A stretch of 64,000 nucleotides of DNA from Anaeramoeba ignava BMAN (taxonomy: Eukaryota; Protista; Anaeramoebae), in the NCBI GenBank assembly GCA_028826165.1, contig JAPDFW010000136.1, forward strand, positions 248,001 through 312,000. The letters are read 5' to 3'. Positions within the stretch are counted from its first letter, which is position 1, and each line of letters begins with the position of its first letter. The notes under the pieces were generated by a model. That model was not told where the DNA came from. It worked only from the letters and a program-made list of their open reading frames with translations, and ran no database searches. Positions 1-10,781 of this stretch are shown in pieces. A program made the position numbers and the translations under genes.

Positions 1-1575
1 AAATTATATTTTGTAATTAAATTATATTTTTAAATTAAATTATATTTTGTAATTAAATTATATTTTGGAATTAAATTATATTTTGAAATTAAAATATATT
101 TTTGTAATTAAATTATATTTTATAATTAAAATATATTTTGGAATTAAATTATATTTTATAATTAAATTATATTTTTAATTAAATTATATTTTTGTAATTA
201 AATTATATTTTGTAATTAAATTATATTTTGTAATTAAATTATATTTTTTAAATTAAATTATATTTTTAAATTAAATTATATTTTGTGAATTAAATTATAT
301 TTTGTAATTAAATTATATTTTGGAATTAAATTATATTTTGGAATTAAATTATATTTTGAAATTAAATTATATTTTTAAATTAAATTATATTTTGTAATTA
401 AATTATATTTTTAAATTAAATTATATTTTGTAATTAAATTATATTTTTAATTAAATTATATTTTGTAATTAAATTATATTTTTGTAATTAAATTATATTT
501 TGGAATTAAATTATATTTTGGAATTAAATTATATTTTTGAAATTAAATTATATTTTGTAATTAAATTATATTTTTGTAATTAAAATTATATTTTGAAATT
601 AAATTATATTTTGGAATTAAATTATATTTTGTAATTAAATTATATTTTGAAATTAAATTATATTTTTGTAATTAAATTATATTTTTAAATTAAAATATAT
701 TTTTAAATTAAATTATATTTTGCAATTAAATTATATTTTTAAATTAAATTATATTTTGAAATTAAATTATATTTTGAAATTAAATTATATTTTGTAATTA
801 AATTATATTTTTAAATTAAATTATATTTTGTAATTAAATTATATTTTTAAATTAAATTATATTTTTAAATTAAATTATATTTTGTAATTAAATTATATTT
901 TAAATTAAATTATATTTTTAATTAAATTATATTTTGAAATTAAATTATATTTTTAAATTAAATTATATTTTGTAATTAAATTATATTTTATAATTAAATT
1001 ATATTTTTAAATTAAATTATATTTTGTAATTAAATTATATTTTTAATTAAATTATATTTTTAAATTAAATTATATTTTTGACTAAATTATATTTTGTAAT
1101 TAAATTATATTTTGTAATTAAATTATATTTTGTAATTAAATTATATTTTGAAATTAAATTATATTTTTAAATTAAATTATATTTTTAAATTAAATTATAT
1201 TTTTAAATTAAATTATATTTTGTAATTAAATTATATTTTGTAATTAAATTATATTTTTGTAATTAAATTAAATATTGTAATTAAATTATATTTTGTAATT
1301 AAATTATATTTTGTAATTAAATTATATTTTGTAATTAAATTATATTTTGTAATTAAATTATATTTTGAAATTAAATTATATTTTTAAATTAAATTATATT
1401 TTGGAATTAAATTATATTTTTGAAATTAAATTATATTTTGTAATTAAATTATATTTTGAAATTAAATTATATTTTGTAATTAAATTATATTTTTAAATTA
1501 AATTATATTTTTGTAATTAAATTATATTTTTAAATTAAATTATATTTTTAAATTAAATTATATTTTGTAATTAAA
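1..1575. repeat. ~19-bp tandem minisatellite (AATTAAATTATATTTTGT-like unit), runs off the window start
   Basis: Continuous array of aattaaattatattt(t)(g/t)(t/a/g)a units; probably intronic in a minus-strand gene (GTTTGT donor at 1581). Confidence 0.95.
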
Positions 1576-1581
1576 ACAAAC

Positions 1582-1586
1582 CTCAT
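1582..1586 (-). CDS. Putative 5-nt first coding exon (ATGAG) of a gene extending left out of the window
   Basis: Minus strand reads ttaaATGAG|GTTTGT directly before the satellite; same donor hexamer as the ZNF598 intron; head-to-head with MED22, 110 bp away. Confidence 0.35.
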
Positions 1587-1696
1587 TTAAAAATAAATGG
1601 AAAAATGGAAAAATGAAAAATGGAAAATGGAAAAATGAAAAATGAAAAAAAAATATTTTTTAAAAATCATTTTTTTATTTTTTCATTTTTTAAAAA

Positions 1697-2174
1697 ATGG
1701 ATCCTCTTAAAATAACTAAAAATGAAATGGAATTAATGATAAAAAACTTTTCAAAAATATTTGATACAGCTAAAATTAATAAAAATCCTCAAAATTATCA
1801 AGAAACATTTCAATTATTACTTCAAGCAGAACAAATTGTTATTTTTAAAAAAATTTTAAAAAAAAAGTTTCATTTAAAATCCAATTAAAAAAATAAATAA
1901 AAAATTCAATCATTTTTTTTAGGCTGTTTCTTCTCAAAATATTTTACAAGTTATTTCAGAATTAAAGAGAGTATTAATAATTAGTGATGATGTTTCAAGA
2001 AATAAAAATATTGAAGATCAAAAAATGAAATTAAAAAATCAAAAAGAAAAAAATGATTCAAAACTTCAAGAAATTAGACAAGAAATAACAGCTGCACTTT
2101 ATGAATTAGAAACAGAATTATATCAACCAATTGGTGATTTGACTCAATTAAAATCAATAAATCAAAAAAAATGA
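1697..2174 (+). CDS. MED22: Mediator complex subunit 22 (exons 1697-1837, 1923-2174)
   Basis: Splicing GTTATT..TTTAG (1838-1922) gives ...QAEQI/AVSSQNILQVISELKRVLIISD...QEITAALYELETELY, matching the Med22/Srb6 pattern (..LVSDLK..LILND..LYELEEEYY). Confidence 0.8.
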
Positions 2175-2262
2175 TTTTTTCTGTTATTTTTTATAATAAA
2201 AGAATTTTTAATCAATTTTAAATCAATTTTTATTTCAATTTTTAATCAATTTCATATTAATT

Positions 2263-4760
2263 TTAAATCAATTTTTGAACTTTTTTTTTCCTTCTTGAAT
2301 TTTTTCTTTTTGAATTTTGAGTTCCTTTTTTTGTTATTTGTTTTGGTTCTTCTAATGATTGTAATAAATCTGGAAAATCTTCTTGAGTGAATAAATTATT
2401 TTTTTCTTTAATTTTCTTTTGATATTTCTTTGTATTTTGATTTTGATTATTTTGATTATTTTGATTATTTTGATTATTTTGATTATTTTGATTTTGATTA
2501 TTTTGATTTTTGCTAGGAATTATTTTTGGTTTCCATTTTTTTTGATATTGATTTTGATATTGATTTTGATTTTGATTTTGATTTTGATTTTGATTTTGAT
2601 TTTGATTATTTTGATTTTTTTGATTATTTTGATTTTGTTGATTTCGATTATTTTGATTTTGATTATTTTGATTTTGATTTTGATTTTGATTTTGATTTTG
2701 ATTTTGATTTTGATTTTGATTATTTTGATTATTTTGATTTTTATTTTTATTTTGATTTTTGCTAGGAATTATTTTTGGTTTCCATTTTTTTTGATATTGA
2801 TTTTGATATTGATATTGATTTTGATATTGATTTTGATATTGATTTTAGAATTATTTTTGGTTTCCATTTTTTTTGATATTGATTTTGATATTGATATTGA
2901 TTTTGATATTGATTTTGATATTGATTTTGATATTGATTTTGATATTGATTTTGATATTGATTTTGATTTTGATTTTGATTTTGATTTTGATATTGATATT
3001 GATATTGATTTTGATATTGATTTCGATATTGATTTCGATATCGATATTGATATTGATTTTGATTTTGATATTGATATTCGTTTTCATATGGATTTTCATA
3101 TTGATAAAAATGTTGGTTTTGATATTCGTTTTGATATTCGTTTTGATATTCGTTTTGATATTCATTTTGATATTTATATTGATTTTCATATTGATTTTCA
3201 TATTTATTTTCATATTGATTTTCATATTGATTTTGATTTTCATATTGATTTTGATTTTGTTTTTCATTTTTATTTTCATTTTCATTTTCATTTTCATTTT
3301 TATTTTCATTTTCATTTTCATTTTTATATTCATTTTCATTTTTTCATATTCATATTCATATTCATATTCTTTTCGGATTGCTTTGTTTTTCAATTTTTTT
3401 TCATTTTCTTTTTGTTCTTCTTCTTTTTTTATAGTTTCATTCAAATCAGGAAATGAATTTTTTAACATTTCTTTTCGATCTATAAAATTTACCAAGTCTT
3501 GTTGAAGTTTCTGATTAGGAATAATTTCAATAATATCATTAATTATTTTTTCCAAGAAATCGGAATTAAATAATGTTGATAAAGAATTATAAAAATAAGC
3601 AGTATTAACTTTTCCAAAAACAAATTTATAGAAATTTTCATTAAATTCTTTGAGTTTATCATTTCCATAATTATGTTCGATTTCAAACAATAATTTTTCA
3701 TTTTGTTTTTGCCTCAAAAATGCTTTTTCTGATTCAAATTGATCAACATAAGTTTTTTGCAAAAAGAGATTTTCAATTTGAAAATTATTTTGGAAATCAT
3801 TTCCATATCGAATAAAATTTTGATTTCTTCTATCATAATAATTGCTTTTATAATTGGAATTGTGGTGATTTTCTTTGTGATTTTTCTGCAGATCCAATTT
3901 TGGATTTGCTAAATTATTATTTTCTTTATGAAATTTTTCAATGTGTTTCATAAGTTGATTTTTTGTCTCAAAAACAACAAATCTAGCATTCAAACAATCG
4001 ACGTTATTGCATAAATAATGTTGGTGATTAAAATGAGCTTCCAATTCTTTATAAGAACAATAATAAACATCATCGATATCATTTTTTTTACAAATTTCAC
4101 AAATATAATGATTTTGAACACAATGAACTGCAAATTTTTCAGTGTCAAAAAAAGAAATGTTGCAGCATTTACAAAAGGGATGATTTCCTTGATGAATCAA
4201 CAGTTCTTTCCTTGAATATATTTGCAGTTCATCTTGTAAAAAATTTCCATATTCTAAACAAACGTCGCATAAAAACATCTCGTGTTCTACATTCAAATGC
4301 AACTTTAAATCCTCTTCTGTGTTGTGAATCATCTTGCATATCGGACATATAAGTCGATATGCTTCGAGAATTTCAAAAAGAACGCCTGTTTGTTGATAAA
4401 AAAAGTTTAATTTTTTCTCATAATACATGGTTTTTAAATCAAATTCCTCAAATTGCTTCAAATTTGAATGCGTCATTATTATATCTTGCGTTTCTTTTTT
4501 GCATACAGGACATGTTCTCTTTTCTTTTTTCTTATCCATTCTTATTAGACATCTCCCTGTTCAAGAAAAAAAATATGTTATTTTTTCCCGTTTTAATTAA
4601 ATTTTTAATTGAAAAATAATTTTTTAAAAATGAAAAACAAAAAACACAAACAACAAGTTTGACGATGATTGCATTTTCCAAGTGCAAATATTTTAATAGG
4701 ATTTTTACAAATTGAACAAAATAAAATTTCTTTTTGGTTTTTATAAAGACCAAAATTCAT
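2263..4760 (-). CDS. ZNF598: ZNF598/Hel2-like RING + C2H2 E3 ubiquitin ligase (ribosome quality control)
   Basis: ATG 4760; intron 4557-4651 completes the RING (CSIC..CNHRQTCWRCLIRM..CPVC); C2H2 array (CPIC..HLNVEH, HPFCKCC, HYICEIC, HYLCNNVDCL..FVVF). The C-terminus (EDFPDL..KLI*) lies beyond an apparent frameshift near 3340 in the NE/NQ repeat. Confidence 0.85.
2430..3365. repeat. Hexamer microsatellite (TTTTGA/TATTGA/TTTTCA) encoding the NQ/YQ/NE tract of ZNF598
   Basis: Direct reading; includes three copies of a KKWKPKII-coding block near 2512, 2761 and 2848. Confidence 0.9.
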
Positions 4761-4782
4761 AATCAAAAAGATAAAAATACTT

Positions 4783-5015
4783 TGAATTTTGATTTTTTGA
4801 TTTTGATTTTGATTTTGATTTTGATTTTGATTTTGATTTTGATTTTTATTTTAATTTTAATTTTAATTTGATTTTGATTTTGATTTTGATTTTTTTATTT
4901 TTGAATTGATTTTGATTTTGATTTTTTGATTTTTAATTTGATTTTGATTTTTATTTTGATTTTGATTGATTTTGATTTTGATTTTAATTTTAATTTTTAA
5001 ATTGATTTTGATTTT
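4783..5015. repeat. (TTTTGA)n microsatellite in the divergent ZNF598 / Ras-BTB spacer
   Basis: Direct reading. Confidence 0.85.
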
Positions 5016-5044
5016 CATTTTTTTCTTTTTAGTTTTAAAGTAAA

Positions 5045-6289
5045 ATGAATTCAGAAGATGAAGATAAAGAAGATGAACAAGAAAAAAAGGTCTCAATAGG
5101 AATTTTTGGATCAGGAGGAGCAGGAAGAGACAGTATTGCTTTAAGATTTCATCAGAATAAATATCAAGAAGATTATGTTCCAGTGATTGAAGATGTATTT
5201 GAAAAAAAAATGATAATTAAAGGAGAAGAAATAAAAGTTGAAACAACAGTAACAGCAGGTCAAGAAGAATTCTCAGCTTTTTGGCCTCTAGTTGCTCGCC
5301 AATCTAATTGTTTATTTTTGGTCTATTCAATTGAATTTGGACATACTTTTGATTCAATACCTACTTTTTATAAAGATCTTCAAGGATATTTTAAAACATT
5401 TGAAGAATTTGATTCAATTCCAAAATTTCTTATTGCGAACAAAATTGATTTGGAAAATGAAAGAAAAATTACTTTTCAACAAGGAAAAGATTTGGCAAAC
5501 AAATATGGAATGTATTTTATGGAAGTTAGTTCTAAAACTGGTCAAAATATTCAAGCTTTATTTGAAAAAGCAATTTCGAAAGTTTTGAAAAGAAGAAATT
5601 ATTTATTTAAATTTTTGGCAACTTTCCAAAAAGAAATGCTCCAATTTTTAGAAAGGAAAGAATTTTGTGATTTTTCTTTTATTTTTTCAAATCCAAATAT
5701 TGAGCCAATTCCTTTGCATTCTTCAATATTAAAATACAGAATTGGAGAAGATTTTGAAATGAAACTTGATAAATTGAAAAATGAAGAAAGAAAAGATATT
5801 CTTTCATTTCTTTCATTATTATATTCTGGATTAGAAAAATTTAATATTCCAAAAAATCAAGAATTGTCCAAAGAAAGTGGAATTGAAATTAAAATTGGAA
5901 GAGAAAAACTTATTGAAGATATGAAAAAACTTAATTTAGATGAAGAAAGTAAAGATTTTTCAATAATTGTCGATGAAAAAGAAATCAAAGTTCATAAGAT
6001 CATTTTGGCGTTAAGAAGTGAAGTTTATAGAGAAATGTTCAATCAAGTTAAAGATGATTCAGGAAAAGTTAAAGATTATACAAATTCAAAATTCAAAACT
6101 TTCCAAATTTTAATTCAATTTTTTTATACAGACACTATTGAAGAAAATATTTCATTAGAAAATATTCAAGGATTAAAACAAGCTCAAGATTTTTATCAAT
6201 TACATCCCAAATCATCTCTTTCACCACAATTAGAATATTTTGAAGGAAAGAAAAAGAAAAAGAAAAAAGATAAATGTTCAATTTTTTGA
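5045..6289 (+). CDS. Atypical Ras-family GTPase fused to tandem BTB/POZ domains, with polybasic-CAAX tail
   Basis: G1 GSGGAGRD, switch I YVPVIED, G3 VTAGQEE, G4 NKID, G5 SSK; BTB motifs FCDFSF..LHSSIL and KDFSI..VHKIILALRSEVYREMF; ends KKKKKKKDKCSIF. Confidence 0.9.
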   Translation: MNSEDEDKEDEQEKKVSIGIFGSGGAGRDSIALRFHQNKYQEDYVPVIEDVFEKKMIIKGEEIKVETTVTAGQEEFSAFWPLVARQSNCLFLVYSIEFGHTFDSIPTFYKDLQGYFKTFEEFDSIPKFLIANKIDLENERKITFQQGKDLANKYGMYFMEVSSKTGQNIQALFEKAISKVLKRRNYLFKFLATFQKEMLQFLERKEFCDFSFIFSNPNIEPIPLHSSILKYRIGEDFEMKLDKLKNEERKDILSFLSLLYSGLEKFNIPKNQELSKESGIEIKIGREKLIEDMKKLNLDEESKDFSIIVDEKEIKVHKIILALRSEVYREMFNQVKDDSGKVKDYTNSKFKTFQILIQFFYTDTIEENISLENIQGLKQAQDFYQLHPKSSLSPQLEYFEGKKKKKKKDKCSIF

Positions 6290-6499
6290 AAATTAGATTT
6301 CAATCAAATATTAAAAAGCAAAAAGACGTAAATGTTCAATTTTTGAAAATTTTGATTTTTGATTTTAATTTTCAAATTTTAAAAAGCAAATTTTGATTTT
6401 GATTTTTGAATTTAATCCAATAATTTTGGATTTTGATTTTGATTTTGATTTTGATTTTAAATTGATTTTTAATTTTTAAATTTGATTTAGATTTTGATT

Positions 6500-8347
6500 T
6501 CATCTTGAAAGCAATAATCTTTGTAAATTGCTAAAAGGAAATTCAACAATTAATGTGATAATCATTGCAAAAAAATAACCAGCAACAACATTAAAAACAT
6601 AAAATTTGGAAATTGATAAACCAGAAAAATAAATACTATCTCTAAAAGAACCAATAACAACAACAATCAAAATTGGTTGAAGAACATAAACCGAATAAGT
6701 TAACTTTGAAAAAGGAATCCAAATTTTAGAAGATAAAAAATCATTAACTAAAACCAAATTACCAGAAAGAAAAAGAAACGAAAAAATAGCAACTCCCAAA
6801 ATAAAAACTGATTTGGAAAACGAGATCCAAATGACCTTTTCTGGTTTACTCCAATGATCCCAATCAATTTTACTTTCTTGAACATCAAGCTTATCATCTT
6901 TATATAAAGAATAAGTCCCAAAAACTGAAATTGCGAGGAAAAAAGAAGCAACCAAAGCCAATGAAAATTTGAGATATCTAGGAATTTTGAATTTTTTGAT
7001 ATCAAATTGAGTGATAAAAACTGCAAGACAAATTCCAATAAGAAATGTAGGAATTCGACAATATGGTTTCGAGTAGTAATAAGTGTAGTAATCATCTATG
7101 CCAGGCCCGAGTATTGAAGGAGACAGTGAATAATGCGAAGAAATCACAACTGAAAGAATATAAGAAATAATAAATATGGATAAGCTTGTGATCCAACCAA
7201 ATATTTTCTTGCGAAAGAAAATCAATATAATAAACGGTGAAACCACATAGAATTGCCAATCATTCGCAATATACCAGAGGTTCCCCATGCATTGGTTTTC
7301 CCATCTTGGATGGAAGTTGTTGATTAATAAAAGATTTGTCCACCAATATTTTTGACATCTTGTTTGCAGGAAATCTCGCGTGAATTCCCAATTAGGCCCA
7401 TATCCAAGATAAGGAGCCAATGTGTAACTGAAGAATAAAATAAAAGTAAATGTTGGAGCTAAACGGATATATCTGTGCAGATAGAACTTCCACAAATTCA
7501 CAAATTTTCCGTTGTTTTGCTTCATTTTTTTCAGCATTAAATAGGAAACTAAAAATCCACTTAAAAAAAAGAAAGTATCAACTCCAAATTGTGCTCCAGG
7601 AATAATTTGGAACGTGAATCTTCTGAAAATATCCACAATACTTGATACGTTGATAATCCCTGCAATATCAAGAGTATATGAGTATGTGTGACCCAACATG
7701 ATCCACAACATCGAAATCACACGTAATCCATTAAGAAATTTGATTGATTGAGGATGTTCTTGAGTAAGTTGTTTGAAATTTAGAATGAAAGAAAACTGTT
7801 TGAGAATCATCATCCATTTTGGATTCTGAACGGAATTATTTTTTTCATTCACTTTTTCCTCTTTATCAACGAAATATTGATAATCAATTATTGTTCCTAT
7901 TATTCCTATCAAAACCAAAATAATAATTGTAGTAATCATTATGCTTGCTCTCCAATCCAACGCAAATTTTTTGTAAACTTGAAAATCCAAAATAACATCA
8001 GAAGGCAAATTAAAAAATAACTTCAATTCGGGAGAAATTGCATAAAGATCATCTTGACTACAAACAAAAGGAAAACAAACACCAATTTTAACAGAAACTC
8101 CGGCCATATCTACACTTATTAAACTATATTTTGCAATTTCTTCCTTTGTTAGTGCATAACACTCATCAAAATTTCCTAAATCATCATATTTAAAAGAACT
8201 TGCTTCAATCATCTCACTTGAATGACTTGCATTTCTATAATAAAATACATCTAATATTTCATTATAACAAGTTTGAGGGTCTTGTTTTGAATTTGGAATT
8301 AAAAAAAGCAAAAAAATAAAAAAGAATAAAATTTGGTTCAATTTCAT
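6500..8347 (-). CDS. NRF-6-like O-acyltransferase (NRF domain + acyltransferase-3)
   Basis: Signal peptide from MKLNQ (ATG 8347); DLGNFDEC..GVCFPFVCS NRF domain; FLNGLRVISMLWIMLGH, VDTFFFLSGFL, HRYIRLAP and WYIANDWQFY AT3 motifs. Confidence 0.9.
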   Translation of the reverse strand: MKLNQILFFFIFLLFLIPNSKQDPQTCYNEILDVFYYRNASHSSEMIEASSFKYDDLGNFDECYALTKEEIAKYSLISVDMAGVSVKIGVCFPFVCSQDDLYAISPELKLFFNLPSDVILDFQVYKKFALDWRASIMITTIIILVLIGIIGTIIDYQYFVDKEEKVNEKNNSVQNPKWMMILKQFSFILNFKQLTQEHPQSIKFLNGLRVISMLWIMLGHTYSYTLDIAGIINVSSIVDIFRRFTFQIIPGAQFGVDTFFFLSGFLVSYLMLKKMKQNNGKFVNLWKFYLHRYIRLAPTFTFILFFSYTLAPYLGYGPNWEFTRDFLQTRCQKYWWTNLLLINNFHPRWENQCMGNLWYIANDWQFYVVSPFIILIFFRKKIFGWITSLSIFIISYILSVVISSHYSLSPSILGPGIDDYYTYYYSKPYCRIPTFLIGICLAVFITQFDIKKFKIPRYLKFSLALVASFFLAISVFGTYSLYKDDKLDVQESKIDWDHWSKPEKVIWISFSKSVFILGVAIFSFLFLSGNLVLVNDFLSSKIWIPFSKLTYSVYVLQPILIVVVIGSFRDSIYFSGLSISKFYVFNVVAGYFFAMIITLIVEFPFSNLQRLLLSR

Positions 8348-8432
8348 CCAAAAAAAAAGAGAAAAAAAGGAAAAATGAAAAAAAATTTCAATTGAAGAAA
8401 AAAAAAAAAAGAAAAATAATTCATTTCCTTTC

Positions 8433-9404
8433 TTAATCATCAACACAAAACACTTTCGGATCAAGAGAAGCATCATTAATTTTCTTCTTATATGATTTAT
8501 GAGCATTGTAACAAAAGGAACTAATAACATAATCAGCAAGTCCATTTTTGGAAACAATTTTCTCACTTTTAATAAACAAATCCTGAGAATGAAGAGCATT
8601 TTGGGAAGTTAATTTAGGAATCGTCATAATAAAAGAACGATATTTATCATTTGAGAATATTGCCTGTTTAAAGACAACATTATCAGAGTCTTTTGTCTTA
8701 AGATACTTATTCAAACTTGGGTTAGTAATAGGTGTATTATACCATTCTCTTAAAATCTCAAGAGCTTTTTCATTGTTGATAATAAAAAGAACATCCAAAT
8801 CTAAATCACTTTCATCATTCAAACTCTTTCTAGGAATTATAAAAGAAACTTCTTTCTTCTCATCTTCTGAATACACTTTAAAAACATCCTTGATATCAAA
8901 TAAAAAATCATCAATAATTATTCCTGGCTTAATATAAACAACACCATCGCATTCTAAATTCTTTAAAACATAATAAATCCCTGAAACTCGATCCCAATGA
9001 GGATCTCGGCATTTCAAACATGATTCTTGAAGTTCTGGCGGGAAATATTCCTCGTTGTTTTCTTTATGAAATGATGACATTCGAAAAAATTTATGTCCCA
9101 ACTGCTTTGCATAGTTATAATTATGATAAACACTTGAAGAATAATCAGGAATCAAATTATTTTTCTCTACATATTGTCCTTGTGGATAATGATCCAGCTT
9201 TGTGCGATCTACCATTAATATACAAACATCCATCCCATTCTCTTTTGTGGCCCATTTTCGGTTTTTTGGTTTTTCTTCCATTTTTTTTATTGTTTCTGTT
9301 GTTTCTGTTGTTTCTGTAATTGCTATTCCTAAAATAAATCCACTGAAAAATATTATTAAATATAAGAAAACTGGTAAAAGTTTCTTCATTTTTCTTTTGA
9401 GCAT
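8433..9404 (-). CDS. Type II membrane protein resembling glycosyltransferase family 34 (GMA12/MNN10), lacking DxD
   Basis: N-terminal TM; YAKQLGH..PHWDRV..VVYIKPGIII and FIINNEKALEILREWY resemble GT34 motifs. Confidence 0.5.
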   Translation of the reverse strand: MLKRKMKKLLPVFLYLIIFFSGFILGIAITETTETTETIKKMEEKPKNRKWATKENGMDVCILMVDRTKLDHYPQGQYVEKNNLIPDYSSSVYHNYNYAKQLGHKFFRMSSFHKENNEEYFPPELQESCLKCRDPHWDRVSGIYYVLKNLECDGVVYIKPGIIIDDFLFDIKDVFKVYSEDEKKEVSFIIPRKSLNDESDLDLDVLFIINNEKALEILREWYNTPITNPSLNKYLKTKDSDNVVFKQAIFSNDKYRSFIMTIPKLTSQNALHSQDLFIKSEKIVSKNGLADYVISSFCYNAHKSYKKKINDASLDPKVFCVDD

Positions 9405-9451
9405 AAAAAATGGAAAAATGATTTTTTCATTTTTTTTTTCATTTTTTTTTT

Positions 9452-10741
9452 ATGACAAGTTTTGAATACTTTGAAACTGTTTCCCAAAGTTTAATTTGTC
9501 CCATTTGCAAACAACCATTTATTGACCCAGTTCAAACTCTTTGTAATCATAAATTCTGTAGAGGATGCATTTTGAATAAAAATACTTTCAATAATCAATG
9601 CTTAACTTGTGGAAATTATATAACAGAAGATTCTCTTTCTCCTCTCCTTTTTTTGAAACTTAGTTGTGATAATTTACAAGTTTATTGCCTAAATAGAAGT
9701 AGAGGTTGTCAAGCAATTATCAAAAGAAATCAAATGGAAAATCATATTAAAAACGAATGCAAATTTACAAGTGATAATTTCTTTTCCCAAATTAACATTT
9801 TTCAAACAGATTTTTTCTTAATCTTTTTCTTTTTCTTTTTCTTTTTCTTTTTCTTTCAGAAATTATAACACCATTTTTACAAGAAAAAAAAGAAGATCCA
9901 TTTAAATTAATTCCAAATCAACCTCAAAATTTACCACAAACAATCACCCAGTTTCCAACAATAACAAATCCATTTGACGAAAAACCACCTTCTTATTTAA
10001 TTAATTTTTTTGAGCAAACTAATTTCAAAATTGATCAACTTAGGTTTGATTTTATTAAATCTATTTATCCCATTTCTCAAATTATTTAATCCATTTTTGA
10101 TTTTTTTAGTCAACAAATCGAAAAACTTACTGAAAAATACAATACTCTATCAACAAATCAAATCGAAAAAGGAAACCAAACAATTCAATCTTCTACACTT
10201 AAGAAAATTCCAATTTTAATTTGTCCAAAATGCTCTTACTTGGAATTTCCCAGGATGTGCTAATCATAAAATACTTTTAACAGAAAAAACATTTCATATT
10301 CAAAATCAAAAAGTCACAAAATATGCCAAATGTAAGCATTGCCACGTTTCAACAAAAAATGAATGGCCACAATGTGGAGGTTGTTTTTCTTCTCAACCTA
10401 GAACTGAATTTTGTTATATAAATCCAAGTACTGTCCAATCTTGCTATCAATCTTATCCAAAAAACATTGACAGACAAACTTTTATTCTTATTCAATGCCC
10501 TAATTGCAAAGAAATTCAATTCCCTTTAAGCTTAGGAACATTAATCCCTTCAAATTCTACTCTTATTAATCGTAAAAATAATCATCCTTTTCTTTTTTGG
10601 TACGACACTTTTTCTCATTCAAAACAAGATTGTGATCTAAAACAAACTAATGTTCGTGAACTTCATGTTGTTATATCAAAAGAAGAAGCTAATTATCTTT
10701 TAGAAACTTTTAAAGCAACATTTCCTTTTACTTTAAAATAA
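9452..10741 (+). CDS. RING + TRAF-type zinc finger protein with Cys-rich C-terminus (introns ~9771-9859 and ~10044-10109)
   Basis: CPICKQPFIDPVQTLCNHKFCRGC..CLTC RING; VYCLNRSRGC..HIKNEC zf-TRAF; later CPKC, CKHC, CGGC, CPNC; one apparent frameshift near 10250. Confidence 0.75.
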
Positions 10742-10781
10742 TTTTTATTTCCTGTCTTTTCTTCTTTTTCCAAATAACTAA

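Noticed and set aside
1-1575. Telomeric repeat
   Set aside because: Degenerate 19-bp AT-rich unit without G-runs; better explained as an intronic satellite.
2419-3505. Long poly-IL, poly-FD and poly-KI/KM ORFs (also at 11229-11954, 19847-22481, 38998-40135, 42024-42821, 37484-37678)
   Set aside because: Alternative-frame or antisense readings of stop-free microsatellites.
8348-8599. N-terminal extension of the acyltransferase ORF
   Set aside because: It overlaps the neighbouring gene and a poly-T spacer; ATG 8347 begins a clear signal peptide.
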